Of a stretch of 61,745 bases of DNA, positions 30,067 to 40,468 are shown piece by piece. The stretch is taken from IMG/VR virus record IMGVR_UViG_3300017917_003521; one strand, 5' to 3'. This stretch comes from a virus. Its lineage: Duplodnaviria > Heunggongvirae > Uroviricota > Caudoviricetes. Under the pieces are notes generated by a model, which saw only the letters and a program-made list of their open reading frames with translations, had not been told where the DNA came from and did not search any database. How positions within the stretch are numbered: the first letter of the stretch is position 1; the number at the start of each line of letters is the position of its first letter. A program made the translations under genes and the position numbers.

Positions 30067-30624
30067 TTAAATGTTTTTATCAATTTGCATAGTATTCAAC
30101 TCAACAAGAGTTTTTCTTCCAAAAATTAAAACAGAAACTTTAACTCTTTGATCAGTTATACTTTCAATTGTACCGGTGAATGAATTGAATGGTCCATCCA
30201 TGATTTTTACTTCTTCACCTACCATATATTTATTTAAGTTTTCTTGCTCAACTGTAACTTGTTCTTGAATACCTATCATTCTTTCAACTTCTTTCAATGA
30301 AAGAACTTGAGGTAATTTCGATCTATCAGACAAAAGTCCTGTAGCGCCATCACATCCTTTTACGAAGTGAGCTAATTCACCAATTGATTTGGTTTCTACA
30401 AAAATATAACCAGGATACATAACTTTTTCTCTTGTAACTTTTTTACCGTTCTTTAAGAAGAAGCTTTTTTCAGTTGGAACTAATACTCTACCAACGACAC
30501 CCATTAGATCTCCTTTTTCAGCTTCTTTTCTTAACTTTTCTGATACAGATCTTTCTCTATTAGATTGAGCTCTAACTATGTACCATTTCATTGTTGTTTC
30601 TTTTTCCATTGTATTTGTATTCAT
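30067..30624 (-). CDS. nusG: Transcription elongation factor NusG
   Basis: WYIV..SNRE, MYPGYIFVE, KOW GEEVKIMDGPFNSFTG, VLIFGRKTLVEL. Confidence 0.93.
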   Translation of the reverse strand: MNTNTMEKETTMKWYIVRAQSNRERSVSEKLRKEAEKGDLMGVVGRVLVPTEKSFFLKNGKKVTREKVMYPGYIFVETKSIGELAHFVKGCDGATGLLSDRSKLPQVLSLKEVERMIGIQEQVTVEQENLNKYMVGEEVKIMDGPFNSFTGTIESITDQRVKVSVLIFGRKTLVELNTMQIDKNI

Positions 30625-30627
30625 ATT

Positions 30628-31023
30628 TTAATTTCCTTTTTCTATTTGTTTGTAATATTTTAGTTCTTCTTTAATAAAGTCTATATGATTTTCTATTAGA
30701 TAGTCTAAATCAATTTCTTTTATCTTCATCTTTTGTAAGATTAGTTTATAATCCTTTTCACTGATTTCAGATTTTTCGGACCTTTCACTTTTTGACCAAA
30801 ACCATTTAGGATATGGCTTGTTTAACATATAATAATACCATGTATCAAAAGCTGATACTTTATCTATATTTTTAAGGTTCAAAAGTTGTGACTTATCTGG
30901 ATATTTTTTAGAAAAATAACGATTGAAGATAAAGAAATATTTATCTTTATCTTCATCAGTTATATTAATCCAATTTTGTCTATTGGTAAATAAAGCATTA
31001 GCAATATCTATTATCTCAGCCAT
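30628..31023 (-). CDS. Hypothetical protein, possibly a gp62-like clamp-loader small subunit
   Basis: FFIFNRYFS..P..KWFW; weak resemblance; start reassigned to MAEIID. Confidence 0.55.
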   Translation of the reverse strand: MAEIIDIANALFTNRQNWINITDEDKDKYFFIFNRYFSKKYPDKSQLLNLKNIDKVSAFDTWYYYMLNKPYPKWFWSKSERSEKSEISEKDYKLILQKMKIKEIDLDYLIENHIDFIKEELKYYKQIEKGN

Positions 31024-31987
31024 TATTGTATCTATTTTCCATTTTCTCAATAATTTCTTTTGGGAAATTATGTATTCTCAAATCAATAAGTTTCATGTTG
31101 TCTTTTATATTATCTACAATTGATTCTATTTGAGTCTTACTAAGTTTTTTCTTCTCACAAATTAAATCAGCTATATTCTCATATAAATCAGGATCGTGTA
31201 AGTTTATTTCACCAAACTCTTGAAGATAGTTTTCATAGATACCTTTAGCACCTTTTTCTCCTATTCCTCTTTTCTTACCATTTTTAACTTGTGACCAAAC
31301 AGAACCGATATTATCTGATGTGTCGCCAGATATTATCTTTATAATTAAAGATTCTATAGGATCAATTTCATTAATGTCATATTTGTTTAGAAATCTATCC
31401 ATTAATAGTAAAAAGTCATTGTTATCATTTAGATTAAATATATCATCATTTGGTAACCTTGAAACTTTATTTAGAAAAACTTGATAATTTCTAGGTAGAA
31501 ATAATTTTTCTTTATTATACATTTCATTAGTCATTATGTTAATATACATTGGATCTAAGCCATAACTAACTATTTGTTTGATGTCATAGTCATTTGAAAC
31601 TATAATTGTTGACCTACCTTCTTTATTAGCTTTTGTTACTAAGAATGATATCCAGTCATCACCTTCAACATGAGGTGCCTCTAAAACTTTAACTAAACCT
31701 TTCATTGATTCTTTAAACTCGCCATAAGCGTTGTAAACAAACTGCCAGTCAATATCAGAATCTTTTTTTCTAGTCGCTTTGTAATTAGTGGTTAATTGTT
31801 TTCTCCAAGATTTTTCTTTGGAATCAGAAACAAGGTAAACATTAGCAAATGGATACCATTTTCTGTAGTTGTTAACGGTGTTCTCTAAAGATTTATGTAG
31901 AGCACCAAAAAGTAAATTATTTTTATGTAAAGTAAACGTATTTTTACTTAAAATATAATTCCCGTCTATTATTAAATCACATACCAT
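31016..31987 (-). CDS. T4 RNase H-like 5'-3' exonuclease
   Basis: IIDGN, SWRK..YKATR, EGDD, SNDYD, GDTSDNI. Confidence 0.88.
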   Translation of the reverse strand: MVCDLIIDGNYILSKNTFTLHKNNLLFGALHKSLENTVNNYRKWYPFANVYLVSDSKEKSWRKQLTTNYKATRKKDSDIDWQFVYNAYGEFKESMKGLVKVLEAPHVEGDDWISFLVTKANKEGRSTIIVSNDYDIKQIVSYGLDPMYINIMTNEMYNKEKLFLPRNYQVFLNKVSRLPNDDIFNLNDNNDFLLLMDRFLNKYDINEIDPIESLIIKIISGDTSDNIGSVWSQVKNGKKRGIGEKGAKGIYENYLQEFGEINLHDPDLYENIADLICEKKKLSKTQIESIVDNIKDNMKLIDLRIHNFPKEIIEKMENRYNNG

Positions 31988-32041
31988 TGGGATTTTATTA
32001 TTTTTTATTTTATACTAAAAAAGCCCAACTAAGTTTGTTAT

Positions 32042-32434
32042 TTATTTTAATACATCGTTGATTTTTCTATCTCGTTCTAGAATTTTGAACTTTACTTCTA
32101 GATAATCCTCAATTTCTTTAGGAAATGATATTTTATTCTTTTTTAGCTCATCATAGAAAGTTTTTCCTAAAACATTTAATGTTGATATAGCTAAAGCTAA
32201 ACTAGAATCGGCATAACCCGAAACTTCAACATCTTCACCTAATACATGATAAGTTGTTGATTGTAAAGAATAATTTATAGTACTACCACCATAAACTAAA
32301 TATTGATTAGATGTAGTCGTTATAGAATTAGTTCCAGATATAGATACAATACCTGTAGCAGAACCTGTTATTCCAATTGATCCACTAAGAGCAGATGTAT
32401 GAACATTATTACCGCCTATGTTTACAAAACTCAT
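32042..32434 (-). CDS. Ser/Thr/Gly-rich protein with C-terminal tag
   Basis: Ends RDRKINDVLK. Confidence 0.7.
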   Translation of the reverse strand: MSFVNIGGNNVHTSALSGSIGITGSATGIVSISGTNSITTTSNQYLVYGGSTINYSLQSTTYHVLGEDVEVSGYADSSLALAISTLNVLGKTFYDELKKNKISFPKEIEDYLEVKFKILERDRKINDVLK

Positions 32435-32465
32435 ATTGAATTATAATGAACAATATGATAAAAGT

Positions 32466-32990
32466 TTATAATATCTTACTAATTTGAATATGGCGATAAA
32501 GAGATTGAAATTCATCTCTAATTTCCTGGCAATAATCAAAGTGCTTTTTATTTGAATAATAGTCCCAACTTTGTCTATTGACCGTTTTAAGAACATCTTG
32601 ATAAGCTGGTTTAACTAAGTCAAAACAATTTTCTTTCTCAGTCCACTTAACCATATTATCTATTAAGTCAAATTCTATTTTCTTAAAAGAGTCATAAAAT
32701 TCTTTTTTAGCAAAAGAAAGTAGATAGTGTTTAATTACTTTTTCATTTAAATCTAAAACACCTGATGGGTTAGATATTTCTGGTGTTGTTAAATAAAATT
32801 TAATATTCAATTTTTGAATATGTTTAATTAATTTTATCATCTGCTTAATTAATCTAGCATCTAATAAGATATAAACAATATCATCTTCAATGTAAGCAAC
32901 AGGAATATATTCAAGTTTCTTAAACATAAGAAACTTGTTTCTAACCGTCCAGTTAGAATTGTTATCTGGTATGAGATTATTTAAGTCCAT
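32466..32990 (-). CDS. Hypothetical protein with C-terminal tag
   Basis: Ends RHIQISKIL. Confidence 0.7.
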   Translation of the reverse strand: MDLNNLIPDNNSNWTVRNKFLMFKKLEYIPVAYIEDDIVYILLDARLIKQMIKLIKHIQKLNIKFYLTTPEISNPSGVLDLNEKVIKHYLLSFAKKEFYDSFKKIEFDLIDNMVKWTEKENCFDLVKPAYQDVLKTVNRQSWDYYSNKKHFDYCQEIRDEFQSLYRHIQISKIL

Positions 32991-33318
32991 TTTCTTTTAA
33001 TATCTTAAAAAATAAAGATTTATCTTTTTCTCTTAAACCATAAGAATTACCTTTTGACTTAGGATCTCTACTATATCCACCAAATTTATTAGGTGAATAT
33101 TTACACTTGTATCGTGTGTCCCACTTTGTAGTTGATAATGTCTTAGACCAAAAATAATCTTTTGTACCTATGTAAGTAGAAACAGTTCTTTTACTATAGT
33201 TTATACCATTAACATCCTCAAAGCCACGCCACCAATGGTCAACCACACACTTTCTTTTCAAGCGTTTGATTAATACTTTTTCTTCCATATGTCTGCGCCA
33301 CGCACGATCTCGGATCAT
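32977..33318 (-). CDS. Basic hypothetical protein (probably leaderless)
   Basis: TATCTTTG 4 nt before the ATG. Confidence 0.7.
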   Translation of the reverse strand: MIRDRAWRRHMEEKVLIKRLKRKCVVDHWWRGFEDVNGINYSKRTVSTYIGTKDYFWSKTLSTTKWDTRYKCKYSPNKFGGYSRDPKSKGNSYGLREKDKSLFFKILKENGLK

Positions 33319-33359
33319 CAGACAAAGATAGTTAAAAATTTATAGATAATTAAATTTTT

Positions 33360-34256
33360 TTACAAAAGTTCAAAGCAGTTATAAACAACAGAAGATATAT
33401 CATCACTTATATCATAATATTTTTCATCAAATATTAAAGATACTTTATCATTAGTGTCTAGTTCAATAAAATCTAAATTTGAAATTTTATATTCTTTTAC
33501 ATTACCATTCACAAAAGTAGATATATTTATATAATCATTTATATGATAGAAATATATTCTAGTATTGTTTGAGTCTTTAGTTATAAAGTAATGAATATTA
33601 GGTATTTTTGAATAGTTAAATAAATTAATACCGTTATAATAATGTATTTTCTCATTGATATGTCTATCTTCTATAAGATATTCTATATCACAAGATTTTA
33701 TAAAATTATCTAACCAAGGTTCAGCTATATTACCATCATTTATATATTGATCATAAGATATACTAGAGGAAAATTTATAAAGGTTATCTCTATTAAATAT
33801 CATAAAATGCAGACTAACATTCCATTCATGAAAGTGAAAAAAGCTGCATTTTTTATCAGACATCATATCAGATATGATATCATCATTTATATCTAAATCG
33901 TATATTATATGATAAAAATAATCATAGTCAAATGTTAAAGCTATTTCACTTAATTTTTTCACTTGATAGATATTAGCCCAACCAAAATCAGACAATGCTC
34001 TTGATAACTTAATATCTTTTCCATATGAATTAAAAGCATACCAACTTACACTTGACTTAACCGGCCAGCTAAGAACTGGATTATCTTTTGTTAGGAAAAA
34101 ATAGTCACATTTTTTAATAATACCATCAGGTATTAATATTGGACTGTTTAGCATAATATCAACACCTATTGATTTTATCAAGTCAATATTATTAGATAAT
34201 ACATTTAGCTTTTCTTCTGTATCACAATACGAGCTTATTAAGGCTATTCTTTTCAT
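33360..34256 (-). CDS. Hypothetical protein, possibly glycosyltransferase-like
   Basis: CDYFF.TKDNP, YDYFYHIIYD; very AT-rich. Confidence 0.6.
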   Translation of the reverse strand: MKRIALISSYCDTEEKLNVLSNNIDLIKSIGVDIMLNSPILIPDGIIKKCDYFFLTKDNPVLSWPVKSSVSWYAFNSYGKDIKLSRALSDFGWANIYQVKKLSEIALTFDYDYFYHIIYDLDINDDIISDMMSDKKCSFFHFHEWNVSLHFMIFNRDNLYKFSSSISYDQYINDGNIAEPWLDNFIKSCDIEYLIEDRHINEKIHYYNGINLFNYSKIPNIHYFITKDSNNTRIYFYHINDYINISTFVNGNVKEYKISNLDFIELDTNDKVSLIFDEKYYDISDDISSVVYNCFELL

Positions 34257-36097
34257 TTTAGCAATTCTGTTTTTCTTAAATCAGAGTTTTTACCAAACCA
34301 TATATCTAGTGAGTTAGATGACATATCATCTTTAGTAATTAAAGTCATTTTAGGACTATTAATAATATCTTGATACTCGTCATCGACAAGTGCCGCCAAA
34401 CCCTTCTTATACTTAATTTCATATTGCTTTAAGTCAGCTTTTTCAGACCAGTTATTATACTCAGTTTGTGTATAGAAAAGTATTTTCTTTTTAGTCTTTG
34501 ATTTAGGAATAGCTACAACTATTGGTGTCTCAACTTTGTAAATCATACGTCTATCGAACATATCGGGCCAGTACTTGTAAAAGAAATTTAAAAGCAAACC
34601 AGCAATAGAGTTACCATCAACGTCAGCATCAACATAGAATAGAATACGACCATATCTTAAATCTTTTAATTCAATCTTTTGACCTAACTTTAGTCCAATA
34701 GCCGCCATTAAATTAACAACCTCATCATTTTGAACTAACTTTTGATTGGTCATTTCAGATACGTTGACAAACTTTCCTTTAAGAGCAAAAGCACCCATCG
34801 TTTGAGGATCTCTATATTTTCTAAAAGCTGAAATAGCCGAATCACCTTCAAATAAACCAATAGAGTACTTCCATCTGTCTTTTCCTTTAGCGTCAATTAA
34901 CTTTTCAACTTTAAGTTTAGTTAGTTTCTTATTTAAGTCTCTTTGAAGTTTAGATTCTTCAGCTGTCTTTTTTTGTTGAATCCAATCTAAAATTGAATTA
35001 ACAATTTCAGATTTTAAAATAGACTGTACTAGTTTATTTGATATCTCAAAAGTAGAACCAAAATCTTTAATCTCTGTAATTAACTTTTCTTTTGTTTGTG
35101 AAGAAAATGATGGATTAATTACAGTGGAATCTAAAAATAAAAACATATGATTTTTAAGTTCAGATGGTTTAACATCTACTTTATGTTTCTTTGAAAAGAA
35201 TTCACGAAGTTGTGTGATAATCTGATTCATCACATAATCAACGTGTGTACCACCATCATATGTATCGGTTGAGTTAGCAAATGATACTTGTTGAAATCCG
35301 TTCTCAGATAGAGATATTCCTATTGACCAAGATTTGTCTTTTTTAGACTCAAAAAAATAATCATTAACATATAACTTTATATAATCTTCAAATGATTTGA
35401 AGTTTATTAGTTTACCATTAAAGTATATCTTTAGATTGGTATTACAAGCCGCTATGTCATAAACTCTTTTTTCAATCATCGAAAAGTGATCATCGTCAAT
35501 ACCAGTTAATCCAAACTTTTCAAAGTCAACTAAATAACTTATCTCAGTGAATCCTTTACTACCTTTTTTAACCTTAGGTGATGTTCTTTTTCTCATGTTA
35601 TCTGAGAATGTCTGTGTAAAGTGATTAGTACCATCACATGTAGTAATAGTAAATTGTTTTGAATAAATGTTAGTAAGTGTAGAACCTACACCGTTTGTAC
35701 CTGCCCAAGAACGTGCTTCTGAATCATCAAAATTAGAACCTGCTTTAAGATTAGAAAATATCATCTCTGGAATCCACTCTTTGTGTTGACTGTGTTTAAC
35801 TACGGGTATTCCACCGTTATCCCAAATTTTAATATAATTATTAGTTCTATCTACTTCTACTTTTACTGTATTAAGTTTAGAACCTTTTCTTTTACTCTCA
35901 TCTACAGAGTTAGTTACTATTTCATCAAATATTTTGAGAAAGCCTGGATTATAAGTTACTTCTTTATTTACTACTTTATCACCATCAATTAACCACTTAT
36001 TTGCTTTATGTGGTTTAATTGAACCAATATACATACCAGGTCTTAAAATAACATGGTCTATATCATCTAACTTTTTGAACTTCTTATCTACCGACAT
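34253..36097 (-). CDS. Type IIA DNA topoisomerase large subunit (T4 gp39+gp60 in one chain)
   Basis: HVILRPGMYIGS, DEIVTNSVD, GTNGVG, EGDSA, LKGK, DADVDG, KKGL. Confidence 0.95.
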   Translation of the reverse strand: MSVDKKFKKLDDIDHVILRPGMYIGSIKPHKANKWLIDGDKVVNKEVTYNPGFLKIFDEIVTNSVDESKRKGSKLNTVKVEVDRTNNYIKIWDNGGIPVVKHSQHKEWIPEMIFSNLKAGSNFDDSEARSWAGTNGVGSTLTNIYSKQFTITTCDGTNHFTQTFSDNMRKRTSPKVKKGSKGFTEISYLVDFEKFGLTGIDDDHFSMIEKRVYDIAACNTNLKIYFNGKLINFKSFEDYIKLYVNDYFFESKKDKSWSIGISLSENGFQQVSFANSTDTYDGGTHVDYVMNQIITQLREFFSKKHKVDVKPSELKNHMFLFLDSTVINPSFSSQTKEKLITEIKDFGSTFEISNKLVQSILKSEIVNSILDWIQQKKTAEESKLQRDLNKKLTKLKVEKLIDAKGKDRWKYSIGLFEGDSAISAFRKYRDPQTMGAFALKGKFVNVSEMTNQKLVQNDEVVNLMAAIGLKLGQKIELKDLRYGRILFYVDADVDGNSIAGLLLNFFYKYWPDMFDRRMIYKVETPIVVAIPKSKTKKKILFYTQTEYNNWSEKADLKQYEIKYKKGLAALVDDEYQDIINSPKMTLITKDDMSSNSLDIWFGKNSDLRKTELLK

Positions 36098-36154
36098 TTT
36101 TACTTGCTAAGAATTTTAAGTATATATAGCAAAGTTTTCGGTTTGTTTAAATAA

Positions 36155-36343
36155 TTATAGTTTAGACTTCTTGAAACCTAACTTTTCAAATACCCATTTT
36201 GATGGACAAAATTTAGTCCAAACCCCAACTTGTAACATAGTTATTACAAATAAAATAACATACCAGTTATTTAATAAAAGTCCTGTTAAAAGAACTAAAG
36301 ACATTAAGAAGTAAACTGCTCTAACAGATGTGATGTTTTTCAT
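36155..36343 (-). CDS. Small membrane protein (DUF2892/YgaP-like)
   Basis: Two hydrophobic helices followed by FCP..KLG. Confidence 0.7.
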   Translation of the reverse strand: MKNITSVRAVYFLMSLVLLTGLLLNNWYVILFVITMLQVGVWTKFCPSKWVFEKLGFKKSKL

Positions 36344-36348
36344 AGTGG

Positions 36349-37020
36349 TTAATTAATTTTTAATGGTATCTCTGGATCGATACTATAATGATCGTTTAAG
36401 TATTTTTTAAGTTCGTTTTCAATATAATGGTCAGGCACTTCTGTTAAAGGATCCATAAGTGACATTTTCTCAGATAAAAAAATTGAAAATTTTTGAAGAA
36501 CTTCAGGTTTTATAGCCTCAACAAGTCTATCTGACACAACAAATGCTCTTGTAAATCTATCTTTAGGTGTTGTTAAGTCGCCTTCAGCAACTCTCATTGT
36601 TGAATCTATTACTTTTTTAAGAAAGGTTGGGTAATCACTACCAGGATCTGCTAATATAGGGGCGATAATTTTATTAAACGCTCTTGATGAACCAAGTATG
36701 TAACCAATGATAGCAACTATAGGAAAGAATGGCGCTAGAGCCATTGGTAATATTCTATGAACTGCCTTTATAACACCAACTCTAATATCAGTTCTTCTCT
36801 TAGCATCTCTAGCATCTTGAAATAAAGCGTTTAACATACCAAATGTTAAACTTTTACCATTTTGCTTTAGATATTCAGCTAAATGACCTCTGTGAGCGTG
36901 GTAAAGATGACGATTTATTTCATCTTGGTCAGTAACACCTAATCTTTTTAATTCGGCAATAATATTATCGTCAAACTTCTCTAATATTAGAAAACTGTTA
37001 TAATTCTTAATTCTTCCCAT
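36349..37020 (-). CDS. Hypothetical protein with hydrophobic hairpin and CTS-like N-terminus
   Basis: MGRIKNYNSFLILE; ILPMALAPFFPIVAIIGYILG. Confidence 0.75.
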   Translation of the reverse strand: MGRIKNYNSFLILEKFDDNIIAELKRLGVTDQDEINRHLYHAHRGHLAEYLKQNGKSLTFGMLNALFQDARDAKRRTDIRVGVIKAVHRILPMALAPFFPIVAIIGYILGSSRAFNKIIAPILADPGSDYPTFLKKVIDSTMRVAEGDLTTPKDRFTRAFVVSDRLVEAIKPEVLQKFSIFLSEKMSLMDPLTEVPDHYIENELKKYLNDHYSIDPEIPLKIN

Positions 37021-37058
37021 TATTTAAACAAAAGAAACTTTTTACTATATATAAAATT

Positions 37059-38402
37059 ATGATGACAGAAAAAACAATATCTGAATTCCTATCAAATGAA
37101 TACAAGGAGTTCGCAATGTACTCTATTGAAGGTAGAGCTATACCATCTGTTATTGATGGATTTAAGCCAACTCAAAGAAAAATTATTCATATATCAAATC
37201 AAGTTTGGAGAACAGGAACTGAGAAAACTAAAAAGGTATTCCAATTAGCTGGAGTTGTAGCTGACCAAGCTTATTATCATCATGGAAACGCTTCACTTGA
37301 AAACGCCATTATTACTATGGCTCAAAAATTCAAAAACAATGCACCTTTGTTAGAAGAAGATGGTCAATTTGGATCATTGAGATCACCTCAGGCTGGTGCG
37401 CCAAGATATATTGGTACTAAACTATCTGAGAACTTTGGTTTGATTTATAAAGACTTTGAGCTTTTAGATTATAAAGAAGAAGAAGGTGAGAAAATTGAAC
37501 CAAGATTCTTTTTACCTATTATACCAACTGTTTTATTAAATGGTTCATCTGGTATAGCGGTAGGCTTTGCCTCAAACATTTTAAATAGAGATGTTAAAGA
37601 CTTGATAGATTCTTGTGTTAAAATTCTTAGTAATAAAAATGTAGGTGAAGTTAAACCGTCATTAAGCGGATTTACAGGTGAGTTTATACAAGACAAAGAA
37701 AATAATAAAAGATGGATTATCCGTGGTAGATTTAGTAGAGTAAATACATCTACCGTTAAGATAAGCGAACTACCACCATCTATGACATACGAAAAGTATG
37801 AAGACCTTTTAGATAAGTTAGTAGAAGATAAATCAATAGTTTCATATGATGACAATTGTAAAGACAATATTGATTATACTATAAAGTTTACTAGATCAGA
37901 CTTAGAAAAGTTAGATGATGAGAAGTTAATTAAACTATTAAAGTTAGAAGAGTCATCAACAGAAATATTCTCAACTTTGGATGAGAATGGTAAGTTAATG
38001 ATATTTGAAAATACAGGGGATATTATTAAATACTTTGTTAATTTTAGATTAACATACTATCACAAAAGAAAACAATATCTTTTAGATAAAATGAATCGTG
38101 AGTTAAAGATTTTATCTAATCGTGGTAGATTTATTAAGGCTATTATTGATGGTAAACTAAAGGTAAATAATGTAGCTAAGGCTCAAATCGTTGAAGGTAT
38201 TGAATCGTTAGGTTTAGATAAGATTGATGACTCTTATGATTACTTATTAAGAATGCCTATCTACTCTTTAACAAAAGAAATGTATGAAAAGCTAAAAGAA
38301 GATTTCAAGTTAAAGAAAGAAGAAATTACTAAATTAGAAGCAACAGATCCTAGAGATATGTACTTATTAGACTTATCAGAATTAAAAAAGAAATTTAAAT
38401 GA
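37059..38402 (+). CDS. Type IIA DNA topoisomerase medium subunit (T4 gp52-like)
   Basis: RAIPSVIDGFKPTQRK, YHHG, GQFGS, APRY (catalytic Tyr), NGSSGIAVG. Confidence 0.95.
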   Translation: MMTEKTISEFLSNEYKEFAMYSIEGRAIPSVIDGFKPTQRKIIHISNQVWRTGTEKTKKVFQLAGVVADQAYYHHGNASLENAIITMAQKFKNNAPLLEEDGQFGSLRSPQAGAPRYIGTKLSENFGLIYKDFELLDYKEEEGEKIEPRFFLPIIPTVLLNGSSGIAVGFASNILNRDVKDLIDSCVKILSNKNVGEVKPSLSGFTGEFIQDKENNKRWIIRGRFSRVNTSTVKISELPPSMTYEKYEDLLDKLVEDKSIVSYDDNCKDNIDYTIKFTRSDLEKLDDEKLIKLLKLEESSTEIFSTLDENGKLMIFENTGDIIKYFVNFRLTYYHKRKQYLLDKMNRELKILSNRGRFIKAIIDGKLKVNNVAKAQIVEGIESLGLDKIDDSYDYLLRMPIYSLTKEMYEKLKEDFKLKKEEITKLEATDPRDMYLLDLSELKKKFK

Positions 38403-38578
38403 AACCACACAGAACTTGGTTTAAAATAATATTCAATCCTGTTCTAAGAAAGTTTGGATGGTCTATTGTTAGTGTATTTAATAATAATAAACTAAAAGGA
38501 TATCAACTAAGAAGATATCCGAAAAATTGTGAAGTATTAAAAAATAATTTAAGTAATGGAAAGAATGAAAAGATATGA
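38399..38578 (+). CDS. 59-aa basic protein (not in ORF track)
   Basis: ATGA overlap with the gp52 stop; MKPHRTWFKIIFNPVLRKFGWSIVSVF.. Confidence 0.6.
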   Translation: MKPHRTWFKIIFNPVLRKFGWSIVSVFNNNKLKGYQLRRYPKNCEVLKNNLSNGKNEKI

Positions 38579-38861
38579 GGATTTCAAAAATGAAAGTAAT
38601 GATACTGATTACCTCACTAAAGAAGAACTTGAAAAAGTAAAGTGGACTAAATATAAAATTGTTGTTCCAACTGAAGAAGACAAGTTAGAACTTGAAAAAG
38701 CATTTGAACATATTCACTACTCTGATATTGATACAGATAATATCGCAGTTAACCAACTGGCACATGAATATTTAACAGAAGAAATAACTGGAGACCCTCA
38801 AACCAGAAATAATATTATTGTTGATGAAGAAATTTACAATAAGTTAAATGATAGAGGATAA
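38556..38861 (+). CDS. Hypothetical protein with CTS-like N-terminus
   Basis: MERMKRYEDFKNES. Confidence 0.7.
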   Translation: MERMKRYEDFKNESNDTDYLTKEELEKVKWTKYKIVVPTEEDKLELEKAFEHIHYSDIDTDNIAVNQLAHEYLTEEITGDPQTRNNIIVDEEIYNKLNDRG

Positions 38862-39231
38862 AAGAAATCATTGTGTCTTAAAAAGACAGGTTGTTAAACT
38901 TGGTGAAGAAATTGAAGTAAGTGAAGGTTTCTTTGAATCTCAATGTATAACTAAGTCTGGTAGGTACAAACTTCAAAAAGTAAATCTAAAAGACATAGAT
39001 GTTGTTATTAAAGGAATAGCTAATCGTGATTTTTTCAAATGGGAAGATGGTACACATTTAGATAGAATTAAAATTAACTTTGAAAAAACCCCACCTGTTA
39101 TTCTTGAAAACCTAGATGGTAAATATTATTCAGTAGATGGTCATCACAGAATAACGATAGCGAATGAAATAGGTTTGAGTAACATCTTATCATTTGTAAT
39201 AAAAGTAAATAAATTAACACATATAAGATAA
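38848..39231 (+). CDS. ParB/sulfiredoxin-like domain protein
   Basis: PPVIL...YYSVDGHHRI..A. Confidence 0.75.
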   Translation: MIEDKRNHCVLKRQVVKLGEEIEVSEGFFESQCITKSGRYKLQKVNLKDIDVVIKGIANRDFFKWEDGTHLDRIKINFEKTPPVILENLDGKYYSVDGHHRITIANEIGLSNILSFVIKVNKLTHIR

Positions 39232-39611
39232 TGGCTTTTAAATTTAATTCATCACCTGATTTAGGTTCTAGAACAATAAATCTATCTCCTTATAAAGAAA
39301 TATCAATTACAAGTAGAGTACTCCATCACACTTTAATTAATGAGGTAACTATTATAATTGAAGATGGTGAAGATTATTATGTTATCCAAGATGACATTGA
39401 AAAGGTTCATGATGTTTCTCAAATGCCACATTATATAAAAGAGGATTGGATAAAGTATAATAGAAAAGAGCTTACAATTCAAATATTAGATTTTCATATA
39501 ATTTACTTCATTAAGATGTCAGAAGAACAATATCCTAATGAAGAAATACTAGAAGTAGTAAATAAACTAAAATCTATAAAAAGACATCAAATAATTAAAA
39601 AGATTATATAA
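39231..39611 (+). CDS. Hypothetical protein with C-terminal tag
   Basis: Ends RHQIIKKII. Confidence 0.7.
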   Translation: MAFKFNSSPDLGSRTINLSPYKEISITSRVLHHTLINEVTIIIEDGEDYYVIQDDIEKVHDVSQMPHYIKEDWIKYNRKELTIQILDFHIIYFIKMSEEQYPNEEILEVVNKLKSIKRHQIIKKII

Positions 39612-39630
39612 TTTTTATTATCTTTGTAAA

Positions 39631-39798
39631 ATGAAACATCTAAAGCCTCATAGAGAAGATCCTTTAAAACAATTTACACCTGTTGGTAAAAAAGACTGCC
39701 AGGGTGTTTGTGATCGTGAGGTTGTAATGACAAAAGAAGGACCAGTCATTATTTGCCACGGATGTATGAGAATTGTAATGGATAATAGAAAGAAATGA
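39631..39798 (+). CDS. 55-aa zinc-ribbon-like protein (not in ORF track)
   Basis: MKHLKPHRED..CQGVC..CHGC..; TATCTTTG 4 nt upstream; ATGA overlap with rhomboid. Confidence 0.7.
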   Translation: MKHLKPHREDPLKQFTPVGKKDCQGVCDREVVMTKEGPVIICHGCMRIVMDNRKK

Positions 39799-40358
39799 TT
39801 TTAACTAGAGTTGTAAAGAATTTACTAATTGCGAATATTTTAATATTTATACTTTTACTGTTCAATCAGATTTCATCTGTTGAAAGTTTAGTTTTATATC
39901 CAATGTGGTCTAGTGACTTTGGACTTCATCAATTTTTCACATATATGTTTTTACATGCTTCTTTTTCACATGTAATTTTAAATATGTTGGGTCTTATAAC
40001 TTTTGGTCCAGAACTAGAACAATACTTTGGTGAGAAAAAGTTTTTACTATTTTACTTCACTTGTGGTATTTTAGGTGGTCTGCTACATATTACTTTTTCA
40101 ACTTTACCGGTACTTGGTGCTTCAGCCGCTGTTTGGGGTCTTATGTTAACATATGCTTTGCTATATCCAAATAGAATCTTACATATTTACTTTTTACTAC
40201 CTGTTAAGGCTAAGTATATAATTGGTACTTTCTTTTTAATTGAGGTGATGTCTGCTATTGGTAACTCTATGGACGGTGTGAGTCATTACGGTCACGTTGG
40301 TGGTGCAGTAGCAGGTGCTTTATTCTATTTTTTTGATAAACAAAAAAATAGTTTGTAA
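39795..40358 (+). CDS. Rhomboid family intramembrane serine protease
   Basis: FTYMFLH.SFSH..LNM, GAS, HYGHVGG. Confidence 0.93.
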   Translation: MILTRVVKNLLIANILIFILLLFNQISSVESLVLYPMWSSDFGLHQFFTYMFLHASFSHVILNMLGLITFGPELEQYFGEKKFLLFYFTCGILGGLLHITFSTLPVLGASAAVWGLMLTYALLYPNRILHIYFLLPVKAKYIIGTFFLIEVMSAIGNSMDGVSHYGHVGGAVAGALFYFFDKQKNSL

Positions 40359-40468
40359 TATATAATTGTGTCTATAAATTCGTTGTAAGAGTTTTCTTTT
40401 GATAAATTGGTATCAAAAACTCATTTTTATAACAACAGTTATAGATATTAAAATTTAATTTTTTTCTT

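Noticed and set aside
6450-30624. Bacterial chromosome origin suggested by dnaK, dnaJ, grpE, trxB and nusG
   Set aside because: These genes are interspersed with T4-like neck, topoisomerase, RNase H, Rnl1 and endolysin genes and dense small ORFs, without bacterial operon context.
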